Positions 19,587 to 29,835 of a DNA stretch of 64,000 nt are shown here, one piece after another. Source of the stretch: a virus. How positions within the stretch are numbered: the stretch's first letter is position 1; each line of letters starts with the position of its first letter. Under the pieces are notes generated by a model, which was not told the origin of the DNA, did not search any database, and saw only the letters and a list, made by a program, of their open reading frames with translations. Where the stretch lies: positions 64,001 to 128,000 of IMG/VR virus record IMGVR_UViG_3300025154_000052, one strand, 5' to 3'. The position numbers and the translations under genes are program-made.

Positions 19587-19822
19587 ATGAACTGGCTCGA
19601 GTACCTGAAGACGTGGTTCGTTCTCCCGGATGGGAGTAAGCGACGAGCCAGGTAGTCGGCGGTCCCTGGCTCGTGGTCCAGGTGGACGGCGGCGAGTGGC
19701 GGAATGTGGACTTCAAGTCGTCGCTAAAACTCAGGGCGACGATCTCAGCGTGCGATAACCTGGCGGAGATCGAGGCGTGGGTGGTCCATGGCTCGCAGTG
19801 GAGCCCGTTTGTGAAGGAGTGA
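19587..19822 (+). pseudogene. probable frameshifted small gene
   Basis: AGGAG RBS + MNWLEYLKTWFVLPDGSKRRA stops near 19653; protein-like reading continues in another frame (VVGGPWLVVQVDGGEWRN...FVKE*). Confidence 0.45.
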
Positions 19823-20051
19823 GGAGATCATGGGCGAAAAGAAACGTCGATTCAAACTGAGTGCCGAGTTGGTGGACGGTGACCATTGGACGATCCTGGA
19901 CCGTCCTGAAGATGTCCTGCAGATGGTGCAGGCATGGTGTGAGGAACGGCTCACGTACGGCGGAGCAGGCGAATCCTGCTCTATTGACGTAGTCGAGATG
20001 ATTGACGAAGAGGTCGCGGCACTGCCGGAAATCTGAAGGGATGAGGGGATT

Positions 20052-20597
20052 ATGCGAAAAGGTGACTGGTGCCAAACGTTCACGGGCCTGCAGTTCTGGC
20101 CGTTGGACCCGAGACCTGAGGAGATCTGTATCGAGGATATCGCCCATGCCTTGGCGCTCACATGCCGATTCAACGGGCACTGCCGGTGTTTCTATTCCGT
20201 CGCTCAACATTCTTACCTCGTAAGCCAGGAGTGCGGAGTTCTTGATCCTGATTGGTCCCCGATCGTGCAGTTGTGGGGACTCCTGCACGATGCGGCTGAG
20301 GCATACATTGGTGATATGGTGCGTCCTTTGAAACGGGACATGCCCGCCTTTAAGGACGCGGAGAGAGCGATCATGCGCGCCGTCTGCACGCGATTCGATT
20401 TGCCGATGGATGAGCCAGCGATTGTAAAACACGCCGACAACATTCTTCTGGCTACCGAAGCCAGGGATCTGATGGGTGCGCCTCCGGTCCCGTGGATGCC
20501 TCTGCCCGAACCGCTGCCGTTTCACATCGCGCCCGCGTCGCCCGACATGGCTGAGCGCATGTTTCTGAGCATGTTTAAGGGACTGAGGGAGGAGTGA
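20052..20597 (+). CDS. HD-domain phosphohydrolase (YfbR/YfdR-like 5'-deoxynucleotidase)
   Basis: EDIAHAL...RFNGH...YSVAQHS...LLHDAAEAYIGD. Confidence 0.88.
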   Translation: MRKGDWCQTFTGLQFWPLDPRPEEICIEDIAHALALTCRFNGHCRCFYSVAQHSYLVSQECGVLDPDWSPIVQLWGLLHDAAEAYIGDMVRPLKRDMPAFKDAERAIMRAVCTRFDLPMDEPAIVKHADNILLATEARDLMGAPPVPWMPLPEPLPFHIAPASPDMAERMFLSMFKGLREE

Positions 20598-20818
20598 GAT
20601 GCCTGACGGTCTCTACCGCTGCGTCATCTACTACGCCGTAGCGGCGTTTGTGGTCGAAGGTGGCACCGTGACCCGGTGCGCGCCGATCCTGCGGCGATGG
20701 ACAAGAACGGCTCCAACGTGGTCCGAGCGACGAGGCGGGAGATCCGGGAGACACGGGAGCAGATCCGCTCAGCGATTCTGCGGGCGGGAGGTGTGCGTGG
20801 ATTCTGTGGGAGGTAAGC

Positions 20819-21280
20819 GTGAGAAACCGACGTTCGTCCGCTCAACCTGATCCCGATCTTCCACCGGTGGACCCCGTGCTCGAGTCGGTATTGCCCTGGG
20901 GATGGACACGGATCGAGCCAGAGGGGGGAGGCCCCGCATTCTGGATCGGGTTCGAGCCGCAGACAGGGGATGTCTGGTATGTGGACCCTGGTACCCGTGG
21001 ACAGCGTGAGGGATGGTGGATGGTACACGGCGCGGCAGGAGGGATCTCGTATACGTGGGGACGATCACCTGTGCAAGCGCTTCAGAGGGGGAAACGGCGG
21101 ATCGAGGTAGAAGCCCGGCAAGAGGCAGTGAGGGCGGAGCGGAATAAGCGGGCATGGCGTATCGGAGGAAGAGATCCGCTTGTGTCGACCTGGTGGCAAG
21201 CGCGATATGGTAGTAGGAAGCGCATGTACCGAGAGAGGGCGGCTATATGGCGCAAACTCCCTCGACGGAGGCTCCCGTGA
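20819..21280 (+). CDS. hypothetical protein
   Basis: 153-aa co-oriented ORF. Confidence 0.5.
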   Translation: MRNRRSSAQPDPDLPPVDPVLESVLPWGWTRIEPEGGGPAFWIGFEPQTGDVWYVDPGTRGQREGWWMVHGAAGGISYTWGRSPVQALQRGKRRIEVEARQEAVRAERNKRAWRIGGRDPLVSTWWQARYGSRKRMYRERAAIWRKLPRRRLP

Positions 21281-22349
21281 CAACAGTCGCATTCTGGCTG
21301 TTCAACCTGCTCGCGCTCGTCTGGTCGCGGGACCACCGGGCATGGCTCGCGGTACCTGCGGGCACCCTGTCGCTCTTCGCGTGGGCGGCGGTAGTAATGG
21401 GTAGCCTCGAGCCGGTGCTATTTGCGGTAATGATGATCGGGATCGGGGCGATAATAGCGACAATGGGAGGTGAACGATGAGTAGGCACCTTTGGACCGAC
21501 GTGGACGGCGACGAGGGGTATGTTGAGATCATCGGCAGGTCGATCTGGCTGTGGCTTGCGAACGAGGAGGATGACGCTGAGGCATTCCACCGACTGACCC
21601 CCAAGACTGCCCGACAGGTGGCGCGGTATCTGATCGAGGCTGCGAGTTCGATCGATGGAAAGGGCGGAGATGAGTGACGATACCTTGATCAACCGGCTGC
21701 GATGTCGGTATCCTATTGGACCCATCGGAGCCGACAGCGAGCCGGAGCAGCGGGCGGCAGCGATGACACTGGGGGGGGAGGCACGGGTGAAAGTCCTGTT
21801 GATCGGTGACAGTGACAGCGCCCGCGTGCAAGCGCTGATCGACGCAGCAAGGCAGCACGGCATCGACCTCACCGTCGAGACCGCGATCAGCGGTGTACCT
21901 CCGCGTATCCCCGGCGAACCGCGACACACCGAAGCAGCCAAGGAATCGCTCCGCGACGTGGCAATGATACTCAGTCGGCAGCCGGTGGAAGCCGTCGAGC
22001 TGATCAAGCAGGTGCCGCACTGGCAGGAGATCGGTGCTCGGAAGCGCCGGAAGTCGTGGCGAAGGTGAAGCCAAGTATCCTGCTACCGCTGGCTTTCCTG
22101 GGGTTGGGCGACGTGTGGGCACGGTCTGATCAGCAGTCGACGCATCGACCGTCACAACCGTCATCTGCTCAGGTGATCGCGCGGAAAAAGCGCAAGAAGC
22201 GCAAGAAGCGCCGCGACCATGTGCGACGCAATCAAGGAAAGAAGCGATGACTGAACTTCTCATCCCCATCGCTCTGATGGTCGGGCTTCCTCTCGCAGCC
22301 GCACTGGTAGGCGAGATCATTCACCGGATCGCCACACGGAAGAGTAAGC

Positions 22350-23636
22350 ATGAATCTGAATGAGCAGCAGCAAGCAGCGCTCGAGCAGATGGGAACGTTC
22401 CTGAAGGGGAAGGAGCGTCACTTCCTGCTGGAAGGATTCGCCGGCACAGGGAAGACGTTCTCCGTCCAGCAATTCCTGCTGTCTGCCAGGGTGAAAAAAC
22501 TCGCCATAGCTGCACCCACCAACAAGGCGGTGAAGGTAATCCGCGACTTCGGCAAGACGACGGGACTGGATGGTGCTCACTACGCGACGGTTCACCGGCT
22601 ACTGGGCCTGAAGGCACAGGTGGACCCTGACACCGGGAAACAGGTGTTTGTACCCGATCCATGGAACAAGACCACGCTCGAGAACTTCGACCTCGTTGTC
22701 ATCGACGAGGCGTCGATGGTCGGGAAGCCGCTGTACGATCTCGTCTGCCGGTACATGGGCAAGAAGACGAAGATCGTCTGGATGGGTGACCCGGCGCAAC
22801 TTCCGCCAGTTGGGGAGAAACACTCGCCTGTGTTCTCGACGTCCAACAGAGTACTTCTGACTCAGATCATGCGACATGGTGGTTCCATCCAGGGTGCGGT
22901 GAACCTCGTTCGTGACCGCATCGGGAAGGGTGTGTTACCGGAGTTCCTGTCCTGCAACGACGGGAATGAGGGCGTCTGGTCTATCTCGAAGCGACAATGG
23001 CTTCAGCGGCTGGAAACCGACTTCACGAGCCAATCGTTCAAGGCTGACAGCGACTTCGTGCGAGCTGTTGCATGGACGAATCGGGTAGTGGACTGGGGCA
23101 ACAACCGCATCCACCGTGCCATCTACGGCGACGATGCTAAGCCGTTCATGCCGGGACAACGAGTCGTCGCTCGAGACCCGGTCGTGGACGGTGAAGAGAT
23201 CCTGATGACCACGTCCGAAGAGGCGACGGTCATCACCGCAGAACCGACTACGGCGAAGGGACTGGCCGCCTGGGAACTCAAACTGGAGATCGAGACGGGC
23301 ACCGGCTCATCCATCATCTACGTTCATGCACTGGACCCATCCGCTGAGATGTCGTTCCAGAACGAACTCGAGCGACTCAGAGCGCGGGCACTGTCCGCTA
23401 CCCCGCGTGACAAGTCCAGTGCATGGAGGGCCTATTACGCCTACCTGCAATACTTCGCCCCGCTGGGCCCAATCTATTGGAGCACGGTACATAAGGCCCA
23501 GGGGAGTACCTTTACCCGGTGCTATGTCGCGTTGGGAGACGTGAAGCGTAACCCGAACCGACTCGAGCGAGACCGGTGCATCTACACGGCATACACCAGA
23601 GCGGCGAAGCAGTTGGTGATCCCGAGTGGAAGTTGA
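22350..23636 (+). CDS. SF1B helicase, Dda/RecD-like
   Basis: GFAGTGKT, APTNKA, VIDEASMV, GDPAQLPPV, TVHKAQGSTF, YTAYTRA. Confidence 0.92.
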   Translation: MNLNEQQQAALEQMGTFLKGKERHFLLEGFAGTGKTFSVQQFLLSARVKKLAIAAPTNKAVKVIRDFGKTTGLDGAHYATVHRLLGLKAQVDPDTGKQVFVPDPWNKTTLENFDLVVIDEASMVGKPLYDLVCRYMGKKTKIVWMGDPAQLPPVGEKHSPVFSTSNRVLLTQIMRHGGSIQGAVNLVRDRIGKGVLPEFLSCNDGNEGVWSISKRQWLQRLETDFTSQSFKADSDFVRAVAWTNRVVDWGNNRIHRAIYGDDAKPFMPGQRVVARDPVVDGEEILMTTSEEATVITAEPTTAKGLAAWELKLEIETGTGSSIIYVHALDPSAEMSFQNELERLRARALSATPRDKSSAWRAYYAYLQYFAPLGPIYWSTVHKAQGSTFTRCYVALGDVKRNPNRLERDRCIYTAYTRAAKQLVIPSGS

Positions 23637-23663
23637 AGTGAAGCAACCAGAACAGGAGCAGTC

Positions 23664-24377
23664 ATGCAAGCACAACTGATAGCAGATGAAGCAACAATGG
23701 ATTGCCAGCGGGCATTCGTGCAGTTGGTACAGGTGGTTCAGCAGCAGACCGGTGAGCCGATGCGCTTTTCCGTCGAGCGATTGGCCAGACTTTCGCTTGA
23801 CAACGAACAGATCAACGAAGCGTTCTTGGTGCTCCGGCACTTCATGTACGTGAAAGGATGGACCGCCCAGGGGTTCTCCCAACGGTTCAAGAACGGTATC
23901 ACCTTGGATGGCGTATCTGTCGCGCTCGTTCCTTACGCAGCCGACAGGGATAAGCGGTGGCGCGTCGTCGACACCGTCCCCGAAGTGACACGGTGTCCCG
24001 ATGAGAAGCAGGATGTTCGTCACCTGCTCGATCGCATTGAGCAGGTGACGAACCAGTACGGGCGGGATGGCGCGGACATTGTCGAGTGGCTGAAGTTTGC
24101 ACTGGACGATCGGCTCGACTTCAGAGCGTCAGTTGGTGTCCTGGAAAACGAATTGCAGAGCCTGTGGACAAGGGCGCAAGACCTCGGTCTGCCCGTCGAA
24201 AGTGATGCCGGGAAGGTCGTGGACCAGATCATCAGTGAGATCGGCAGACTGCAGAAGAGCGCCGGCGTCGTCCGGAAGATCCGCAACCTCGTTCTGGACG
24301 TCGAAAGCGACGAACGGCCGCGAAGTCTCGCCACGGATGTGATCTCCGACATGTCAGACTCAGAGTGCCGTGTCTGA
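23664..24377 (+). CDS. hypothetical protein
   Basis: 237-aa ORF, AGGAG RBS. Confidence 0.65.
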   Translation: MQAQLIADEATMDCQRAFVQLVQVVQQQTGEPMRFSVERLARLSLDNEQINEAFLVLRHFMYVKGWTAQGFSQRFKNGITLDGVSVALVPYAADRDKRWRVVDTVPEVTRCPDEKQDVRHLLDRIEQVTNQYGRDGADIVEWLKFALDDRLDFRASVGVLENELQSLWTRAQDLGLPVESDAGKVVDQIISEIGRLQKSAGVVRKIRNLVLDVESDERPRSLATDVISDMSDSECRV

Positions 24378-24387
24378 TCTTTCCTCC

Positions 24388-24522
24388 TTGACCCGTTGCT
24401 TTCGCCTCGGTACAATCTCACCCAGCGACACCAGAGTTGAACCGGGAGCCCTGAACCGGGGTCCCCTCCAAAGTTAACTGGTGAAGCTATGCCCTTGGGT
24501 CGCGAGGCTCAGGGGCTTTTTT
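24388..24522 (+). ncRNA. candidate ~100-nt small RNA with own promoter and intrinsic terminator
   Basis: TTGACC-N17-TACAAT (24388-24416); 11-bp GCGA-loop stem 24491-24516 + T6. Confidence 0.6.
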
Positions 24523-24540
24523 GTTTACACCCCACGGAAA

Positions 24541-24583
24541 CATTAAAATGAGGATTGACTGATTCTCTAGCGTCGGCTATGAT
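24541..24583 (+). promoter_or_regulatory. CATTAAAAT-type promoter
   Basis: CATTAAAAT-N5-TTGACT-N17-TATGAT. Confidence 0.75.
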
Positions 24584-24617
24584 CTCAGGTAGCTGTATAA
24601 CACAGGGAGGACATAGC

Positions 24618-24914
24618 ATGCGTAAGAATTTCGTTCCCTCAGATTGCATTCACTACGAAGAGCCGGGGCAGATCGAGCGGTTGACCTACCGCGAAATCGA
24701 CAACAGACGCCTATATCTGGAGCATCCCGCACGGATGACCCGGGCCGATATGCTGGCGGGCAAAGCCGCTGACTGGACCGATGAGCGGGTGGATGCATAC
24801 GCCGCCCAGTTCACCCTACCGGCGCCTTTCCGCATGCACTGCACGGTCCAGGGCCCGGCGAGCGCTGCGCCCAATGCCCCTATGATCGTCATCTGCGACA
24901 TCCGGAGAAACTAA
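24618..24914 (+). CDS. hypothetical protein
   Basis: GGGAGG RBS before ATG 24618. Confidence 0.55.
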   Translation: MRKNFVPSDCIHYEEPGQIERLTYREIDNRRLYLEHPARMTRADMLAGKAADWTDERVDAYAAQFTLPAPFRMHCTVQGPASAAPNAPMIVICDIRRN

Positions 24915-24916
24915 CC

Positions 24917-26107
24917 ATGCCACGGGTGGAGGGCTACTGTCATCGGTGCGGAACGTGGCTTCGTATGGAGAAGGTTCCCGACCGTCGCACTGCCGACTGG
25001 CGATCTGCGAACCGCACCTTCACCTGTGATCCGTGCAAGGAGTTCATCAGACGAGAGCGTACGCGGATGGCAGCCAAAATCAATGCCGCTCGAGGCCGCC
25101 CTCCACTGGTAGGAAGCCAGTCCCAAATTGACTGGGCCGAGACAATCCGGCTCGAGGTTCTTCAGAAGGTGGAGGACGCCATCAATCGCATCTACATGGT
25201 GGACCCGGTGGCGAGTGCAGCAGACATATTCATGTGCCGCTCGCTTGGTGTGCAGGCGTGGGATCGGCTGCTGGTCGCCATCGAGGCGCTCGAGCAGCAG
25301 GACGATGCTCACTGGTGGATCGACAACCGAGAGTCCTTTCATGTCGGCATCATCGGTGAGATGGCTCGAGCCGTCCTGTCACCTGAGCAGGTGGAAGCCA
25401 AGGAGGCTCAAGAGGCGAACACCCAGGCCGCTATTGAGGATAGTACAATCGGTCCACCGATCGGTATCGCGCTTCAGTCTCCACTCCCCGTGGAGATTCG
25501 TGTTGGTTCGTCGATGGTGACCGCCCTTCTGCCTGACCGCCACGAGTCGTTCCGTGTACTGGTTCGGTCGCTCGGATACCGATGGAATCCAGACGTTCGT
25601 GTCTGGCAACGTCTAATCGATGATCGCAATGGTCCAAGCGATGACCGGGCCGTTGAACTTGCACATAGATTGCTGACGGCAGGCTTTCGGGTTTGTATCC
25701 ACGACTCGGTTCTGCGCCGACGAGTTGCCGCTGCCGAATTTATGCCTGAGCATACTCGGTGGATCATGCGCCGGGGCGAGGGCAAATATACCGGGTGGTT
25801 CGCCATCCAGTGGGCGCGTGGGGAGGATTACTACCAGCGCGCCAAGCGGCTGCCAGGCTCGAGATATGACAAGCCCTACGTTGTTGTGCCTTCGTCGGCT
25901 TACGAGTCGGTGGCAGATTTCGCGGAGTTGTATGACTTCAGATTCTCGGCTGTTGCCAATCAACTCCTTGAGCAGGCCGAGAAGGCGGTCCAGGCTACTC
26001 GCCTAGAGAAACTGGCCAAACGACTCGAGAAGCCAAAGCCGAAGGACGGGCTGAGAGAGATCCTGTCCACAACATCCGGAATCCCAGCCGAGTTACTTGA
26101 TGACTAA
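24917..26107 (+). CDS. conserved hypothetical protein preceding SNF2 helicase
   Basis: 396-aa ORF overlapping helicase start; N-terminal CxxC...CxxC. Confidence 0.7.
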   Translation: MPRVEGYCHRCGTWLRMEKVPDRRTADWRSANRTFTCDPCKEFIRRERTRMAAKINAARGRPPLVGSQSQIDWAETIRLEVLQKVEDAINRIYMVDPVASAADIFMCRSLGVQAWDRLLVAIEALEQQDDAHWWIDNRESFHVGIIGEMARAVLSPEQVEAKEAQEANTQAAIEDSTIGPPIGIALQSPLPVEIRVGSSMVTALLPDRHESFRVLVRSLGYRWNPDVRVWQRLIDDRNGPSDDRAVELAHRLLTAGFRVCIHDSVLRRRVAAAEFMPEHTRWIMRRGEGKYTGWFAIQWARGEDYYQRAKRLPGSRYDKPYVVVPSSAYESVADFAELYDFRFSAVANQLLEQAEKAVQATRLEKLAKRLEKPKPKDGLREILSTTSGIPAELLDD

Positions 26108-27533
26108 GACTGATCTCCTACCATTTCAGATTCCTGCCGTGGAAAAGCTTCAGCCGTTGCGTGTTGGGGCGCTCTTTATGGACATGGGGCTTGGCAAGAG
26201 CAGGGCCGCCATCGAACTCGTTGCGCGGCGGCAAGAGAAGATCAGTCGAGTCGTCTGGTTCTGTCCAGTCAGTCTGAAGGAGACGATTGAGTTTGAGATC
26301 CACAAGCATGTGGACACGGAGTCGCACCCGGTTTACGTCTTCGACGACAAGACACATCAGGGCGCAATCCCACGAGCGTTCTGGTACGTGATCGGGCTCG
26401 AGTCGATGGGTTCCAGCAGTCGAGTTATCCTGGCCGCTCGAGATCTGATGGACGAGAGCACATGTGTCATCGTGGACGAGTCGGACTTCATCAAGGGCCA
26501 CCGTTCGCAGCGGACCTGGTGGGTCACTGAGATCAGCAAAAACACTCGATATCGCCTCATCCTGAGTGGCACATCGGTTACCCAGGGTATCGTGGACCTT
26601 TACGCCCAGTTTCGCTTCCTATCCCCTCTCATCCTCGGGTATCGGTCATTCTACAGCTTTGCCGCGAATCATCTTGAGTACAGTGAGAAGTACCCGGGTT
26701 TGATCGTTCGGTCGCTCAACACCGGATACATCGCGGCGAAGATTGCGCCGTTCACCTATCAGGTGACGAAGGACGAATGTCTGACCTTGCCCAAGAAATT
26801 GTACGAGACGAGATATTTCGGAATGACACCACAACAGGAGATGACGTATCAGCAGGCGAAGTATGAACTCCTGATGGACGTGGACCCGGACGAGATGAAC
26901 TCGTGGGTCATCTTCCGGCTGTTCACGGCGCTCCAGCAGATCGTCTGTGGCTTCTGGAATCGACGGCCACCGCGAGAGAACCGGCGCGACCGTCCCGAAA
27001 TGGAGCACATCGATCTGCCACACTATCGTCTGGAGGTGCTTCAGGACGTGCTGGCGCGGATTCCAGGCGATGAGAAGGTGATCATCTGGGCCAAGTTCGA
27101 CTACGACGTACAGGGGATTATGGGCGCCTTAAACGCTCACTACGGAGCAAGCCAGGTCTCTCTGTTCTGCGGTAAGAACGCGGCGACACGAGATGAAGAA
27201 CTCGAGCGCTTCCGTGGTCCTGCCCGGTTCCTCGTTGCTACCCCGTCCAGTGGCGGGCGCGGTCTTACAGTCAACGATGCCCGATTCATGGTGTTCTACA
27301 ACAACGGGTTCAAATACAGCGAGAGGAAGCAAGCCGCTGATCGCAACTACCGGATCGGGCAGGATATGCCGGTCACGATTATCGACATCATCTGCAACGC
27401 TGGCATTGATCTCCGAATCATGGATGCACTGGCCACCAAACAAGGTGTGGTCCAGTCATTCCGACGTGAGGTCAAGAAACTTCGCGAGATGAAGGACGAA
27501 AAAAAATTCGCTGAGTTGGTCGCTTCGGTGTGA
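26097..27533 (+). CDS. SNF2-family (SF2) helicase
   Basis: LFMDMGLGKS, IVDESDFIK, RLILSGT, GGRGLT, QAADRNYRIGQ. Confidence 0.9.
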   Translation: MMTKTDLLPFQIPAVEKLQPLRVGALFMDMGLGKSRAAIELVARRQEKISRVVWFCPVSLKETIEFEIHKHVDTESHPVYVFDDKTHQGAIPRAFWYVIGLESMGSSSRVILAARDLMDESTCVIVDESDFIKGHRSQRTWWVTEISKNTRYRLILSGTSVTQGIVDLYAQFRFLSPLILGYRSFYSFAANHLEYSEKYPGLIVRSLNTGYIAAKIAPFTYQVTKDECLTLPKKLYETRYFGMTPQQEMTYQQAKYELLMDVDPDEMNSWVIFRLFTALQQIVCGFWNRRPPRENRRDRPEMEHIDLPHYRLEVLQDVLARIPGDEKVIIWAKFDYDVQGIMGALNAHYGASQVSLFCGKNAATRDEELERFRGPARFLVATPSSGGRGLTVNDARFMVFYNNGFKYSERKQAADRNYRIGQDMPVTIIDIICNAGIDLRIMDALATKQGVVQSFRREVKKLREMKDEKKFAELVASV

Positions 27534-27540
27534 TTTCCTG

Positions 27541-27569
27541 TTGACGCCGAATATACGTAAGCGTATATT
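27541..27569 (+). promoter_or_regulatory. promoter with palindromic operator in spacer
   Basis: TTGACG-N17-TATATT; aatatacg-taag-cgtatatt inverted repeat. Confidence 0.75.
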
Positions 27570-27601
27570 TAAGCCATACCACATCACATCGGAGATACAT
27601 C

Positions 27602-28018
27602 ATGGCCACCCAGATTAAGATTGAGCGCTTCGAAGGTCGGTCCCCTCGGTTCTGGTCCTTGATGGGACCGGTCTTTGCAGGTCGTGCGTACCGGAAGGAG
27701 TTCCCCCATCTGCACGACGATGAGGGCTATATCTGGTTCCTCGGTCTGGATGGTGACAAGGTGGCCGGTGGAGGCGCCTGTCACATAGTCGGCACGACCG
27801 GTCACCTTCACGGGATCTTCGTCATGCAGCCGTATGCCGGTGCCGGGCTGTATAGTCGACTGGTGAGCGAGCGGATCGATTTCATGCGCTCCAAGGGCGT
27901 CAAGGTAATCCGGATCAAGGCGTTCGCCTCGAGTGTTCCGGTGCTCGAGGCGCTGGGGTTCAAGGCCACAGGGAAGTTTGGGACGGTGGTCCCGATGGAA
28001 CTCAAACTGGAGGAATGA
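27602..28018 (+). CDS. GNAT-family acetyltransferase
   Basis: LHGIFVMQPYAGAGLYSRL acetyl-CoA motif; EALGF. Confidence 0.8.
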   Translation: MATQIKIERFEGRSPRFWSLMGPVFAGRAYRKEFPHLHDDEGYIWFLGLDGDKVAGGGACHIVGTTGHLHGIFVMQPYAGAGLYSRLVSERIDFMRSKGVKVIRIKAFASSVPVLEALGFKATGKFGTVVPMELKLEE

Positions 28019-28183
28019 ATGATGTTGTCACAGGAACAGCATGCGGCCAGGTTCGCCTATGTCGCGAAGTATCCTCACCTTAATTCTATCCGCGACTGGA
28101 GGACATTCTGTCTCAATGCCAGCAGGTTGAGTTGCGCGGGTATCCCGGTTCGTCACTTGTTGGTGATTACGAGAGACTAGGCC

Positions 28184-28384
28184 ATGACGGTTCAAGAAGT
28201 TGCGGCACGACTCGGGACGTCGATCCGAGTCGTGCAGGACATGTGTAAACGCGGCGTGCTCGGTGCCGTTCCCCCTCGGGACTGGGATGTGTGCCCCTTG
28301 TGCCTCGAAGAGTATGTGCTGAGACCTCGGGGCAAGGGACGCCGGCAGCCGAAACAGGTATGCAGTCACAGGAAGGAAACGTGA
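28184..28384 (+). CDS. HTH DNA-binding protein (excisionase/MerR-like)
   Basis: MTVQEVAARLGTSIRVVQDMCKRG. Confidence 0.75.
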   Translation: MTVQEVAARLGTSIRVVQDMCKRGVLGAVPPRDWDVCPLCLEEYVLRPRGKGRRQPKQVCSHRKET

Positions 28385-28551
28385 TGAGAGAAAAAGGAGC
28401 ATGGTACATCGAGACGTCGTCGGGGAGCATATATTACTACCACGTCAAGTTTGACGTGGCCGAACGGATGGCTCGTAAGATCGAGCGTGAGAGGGGTCTA
28501 CCTGAGTTCTCCCTGATGGTCCGGTGGTACGATGACTGGCAGAGGTGAGGT

Positions 28552-28845
28552 ATGCGTTTTCTTGTTGTACGCGCAGTGGCCCTTCTGCCGGATAATCTTC
28601 GGTTGGAGATTGAGGAGACCATCGAAGCGATTGGTTTCCATGGGATCGTCGAGCAGGTTGACGGGGTCGACTTCGATTACTCGACCATCCCAGGATTGGG
28701 CGATGGGTGCGTCATTCCGATTCCCGGCTTTCCGTTTGCGGATGCCGAGAACACTGAAGAGGCGATCACAGAGTACCGGCAGGGGCATAATGCCGGCGTG
28801 TTTGAGACCAGAGAGATGGCTGAGCGATTTACGAGGGATGAGTGA
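28552..28845 (+). CDS. hypothetical protein
   Basis: 97-aa coupled ORF. Confidence 0.55.
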   Translation: MRFLVVRAVALLPDNLRLEIEETIEAIGFHGIVEQVDGVDFDYSTIPGLGDGCVIPIPGFPFADAENTEEAITEYRQGHNAGVFETREMAERFTRDE

Positions 28846-29495
28846 TGTATTACAGATGCACGTTCCGCGACTGCACGCAGATCCTGATGTGTCGGGATCT
28901 GGAGGACCCGCAGACGATAGAGGATTACCGCAGGTTGATGCCGCCTCGGGTACGACTGGTATACTCGGACCCGCCGTGGAATCCCGGAAATGCCACCTAC
29001 TGGCGCACGCATGCGCAGATGGCCCCTTGCCCGTCATACGACCGGTTTCTCGATGCATTCATCTCTGTGGTCGGGCTCGCGGTGGAGCGCGGCGCCTTTG
29101 ACCTACTCATTGAGCAGTCGATCAATGAGGCGCACAGCGATTACCTGCTACGGGCGCTCGAGCGCAATGTGGTGCTCATGCCTCTTCGTCGCAGATACGA
29201 GGTCATCTATTCGGGAAGACCGAATGCCCTGTTCCACTTCGGTATGCGTGACCTGCATACCGACCCGACCGGGATGTCGGAGGATGAGATGACTCTGCGC
29301 GCATGCGTAGGTGTATGGGCACCTGTCGGCTCGTGGGTCGTCGAACCATGCGTCGGCAAGGGCATGACAAGCCGGGCCGCTCACGCTCTCGGGTGGAATC
29401 TGATTGGCAGCGAGTTGGCCCAACACAGGCTCGATATCACGCTGAAATGGCTCGAGCGGCGTGGGTATCGTGTTGAGGAGCGGTATGATCCATGA
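28842..29495 (+). CDS. beta-class N4/N6 methyltransferase-like protein
   Basis: VYSDPPW followed by VVEPCVGKG...IGSEL. Confidence 0.75.
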   Translation: MMYYRCTFRDCTQILMCRDLEDPQTIEDYRRLMPPRVRLVYSDPPWNPGNATYWRTHAQMAPCPSYDRFLDAFISVVGLAVERGAFDLLIEQSINEAHSDYLLRALERNVVLMPLRRRYEVIYSGRPNALFHFGMRDLHTDPTGMSEDEMTLRACVGVWAPVGSWVVEPCVGKGMTSRAAHALGWNLIGSELAQHRLDITLKWLERRGYRVEERYDP

Positions 29496-29835
29496 CGCTT
29501 GGATGGTCTTGATAAGGCGCGAGTATTTTTTGAGGTCCTTCGCCCGCAAGATCGCCCAAGTGGACATAGTTTTTGAGTTCAACGGGGGCCCGATAGGTGT
29601 TTACTGCCCACATGTGGATAAGTCTGGCTTTTTCCGCGTCGGTCCGATATGGGTTCATCCGGACTATCGCGGCAAGGGCTATTGCAGCGCCTTTGTCGCA
29701 TCAGTGACGAAAGGTAAAAAGGCGCGCGCCCTGATCGAGGACACCAACGAGGCTTCTCAGCGGGCGTTCTCTGCCGCCGGATTCATACTCCAGGGAAGAG
29801 GGAATAGAATCAGTTCCTGGTGGGTGAAGCCGTGA
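29461..29835 (+). CDS. GNAT-family acetyltransferase
   Basis: IWVHPDYRGKGYC, NEASQRAFSAAGF. Confidence 0.85.
   Translation: MGIVLRSGMIHDAWMVLIRREYFLRSFARKIAQVDIVFEFNGGPIGVYCPHVDKSGFFRVGPIWVHPDYRGKGYCSAFVASVTKGKKARALIEDTNEASQRAFSAAGFILQGRGNRISSWWVKP

Noticed and set aside
20052-20597. DatZ / Z-genome pathway
   Set aside because: The sequence fits the common YfbR/YfdR-like HD family, and no purZ or mazZ is in the window.
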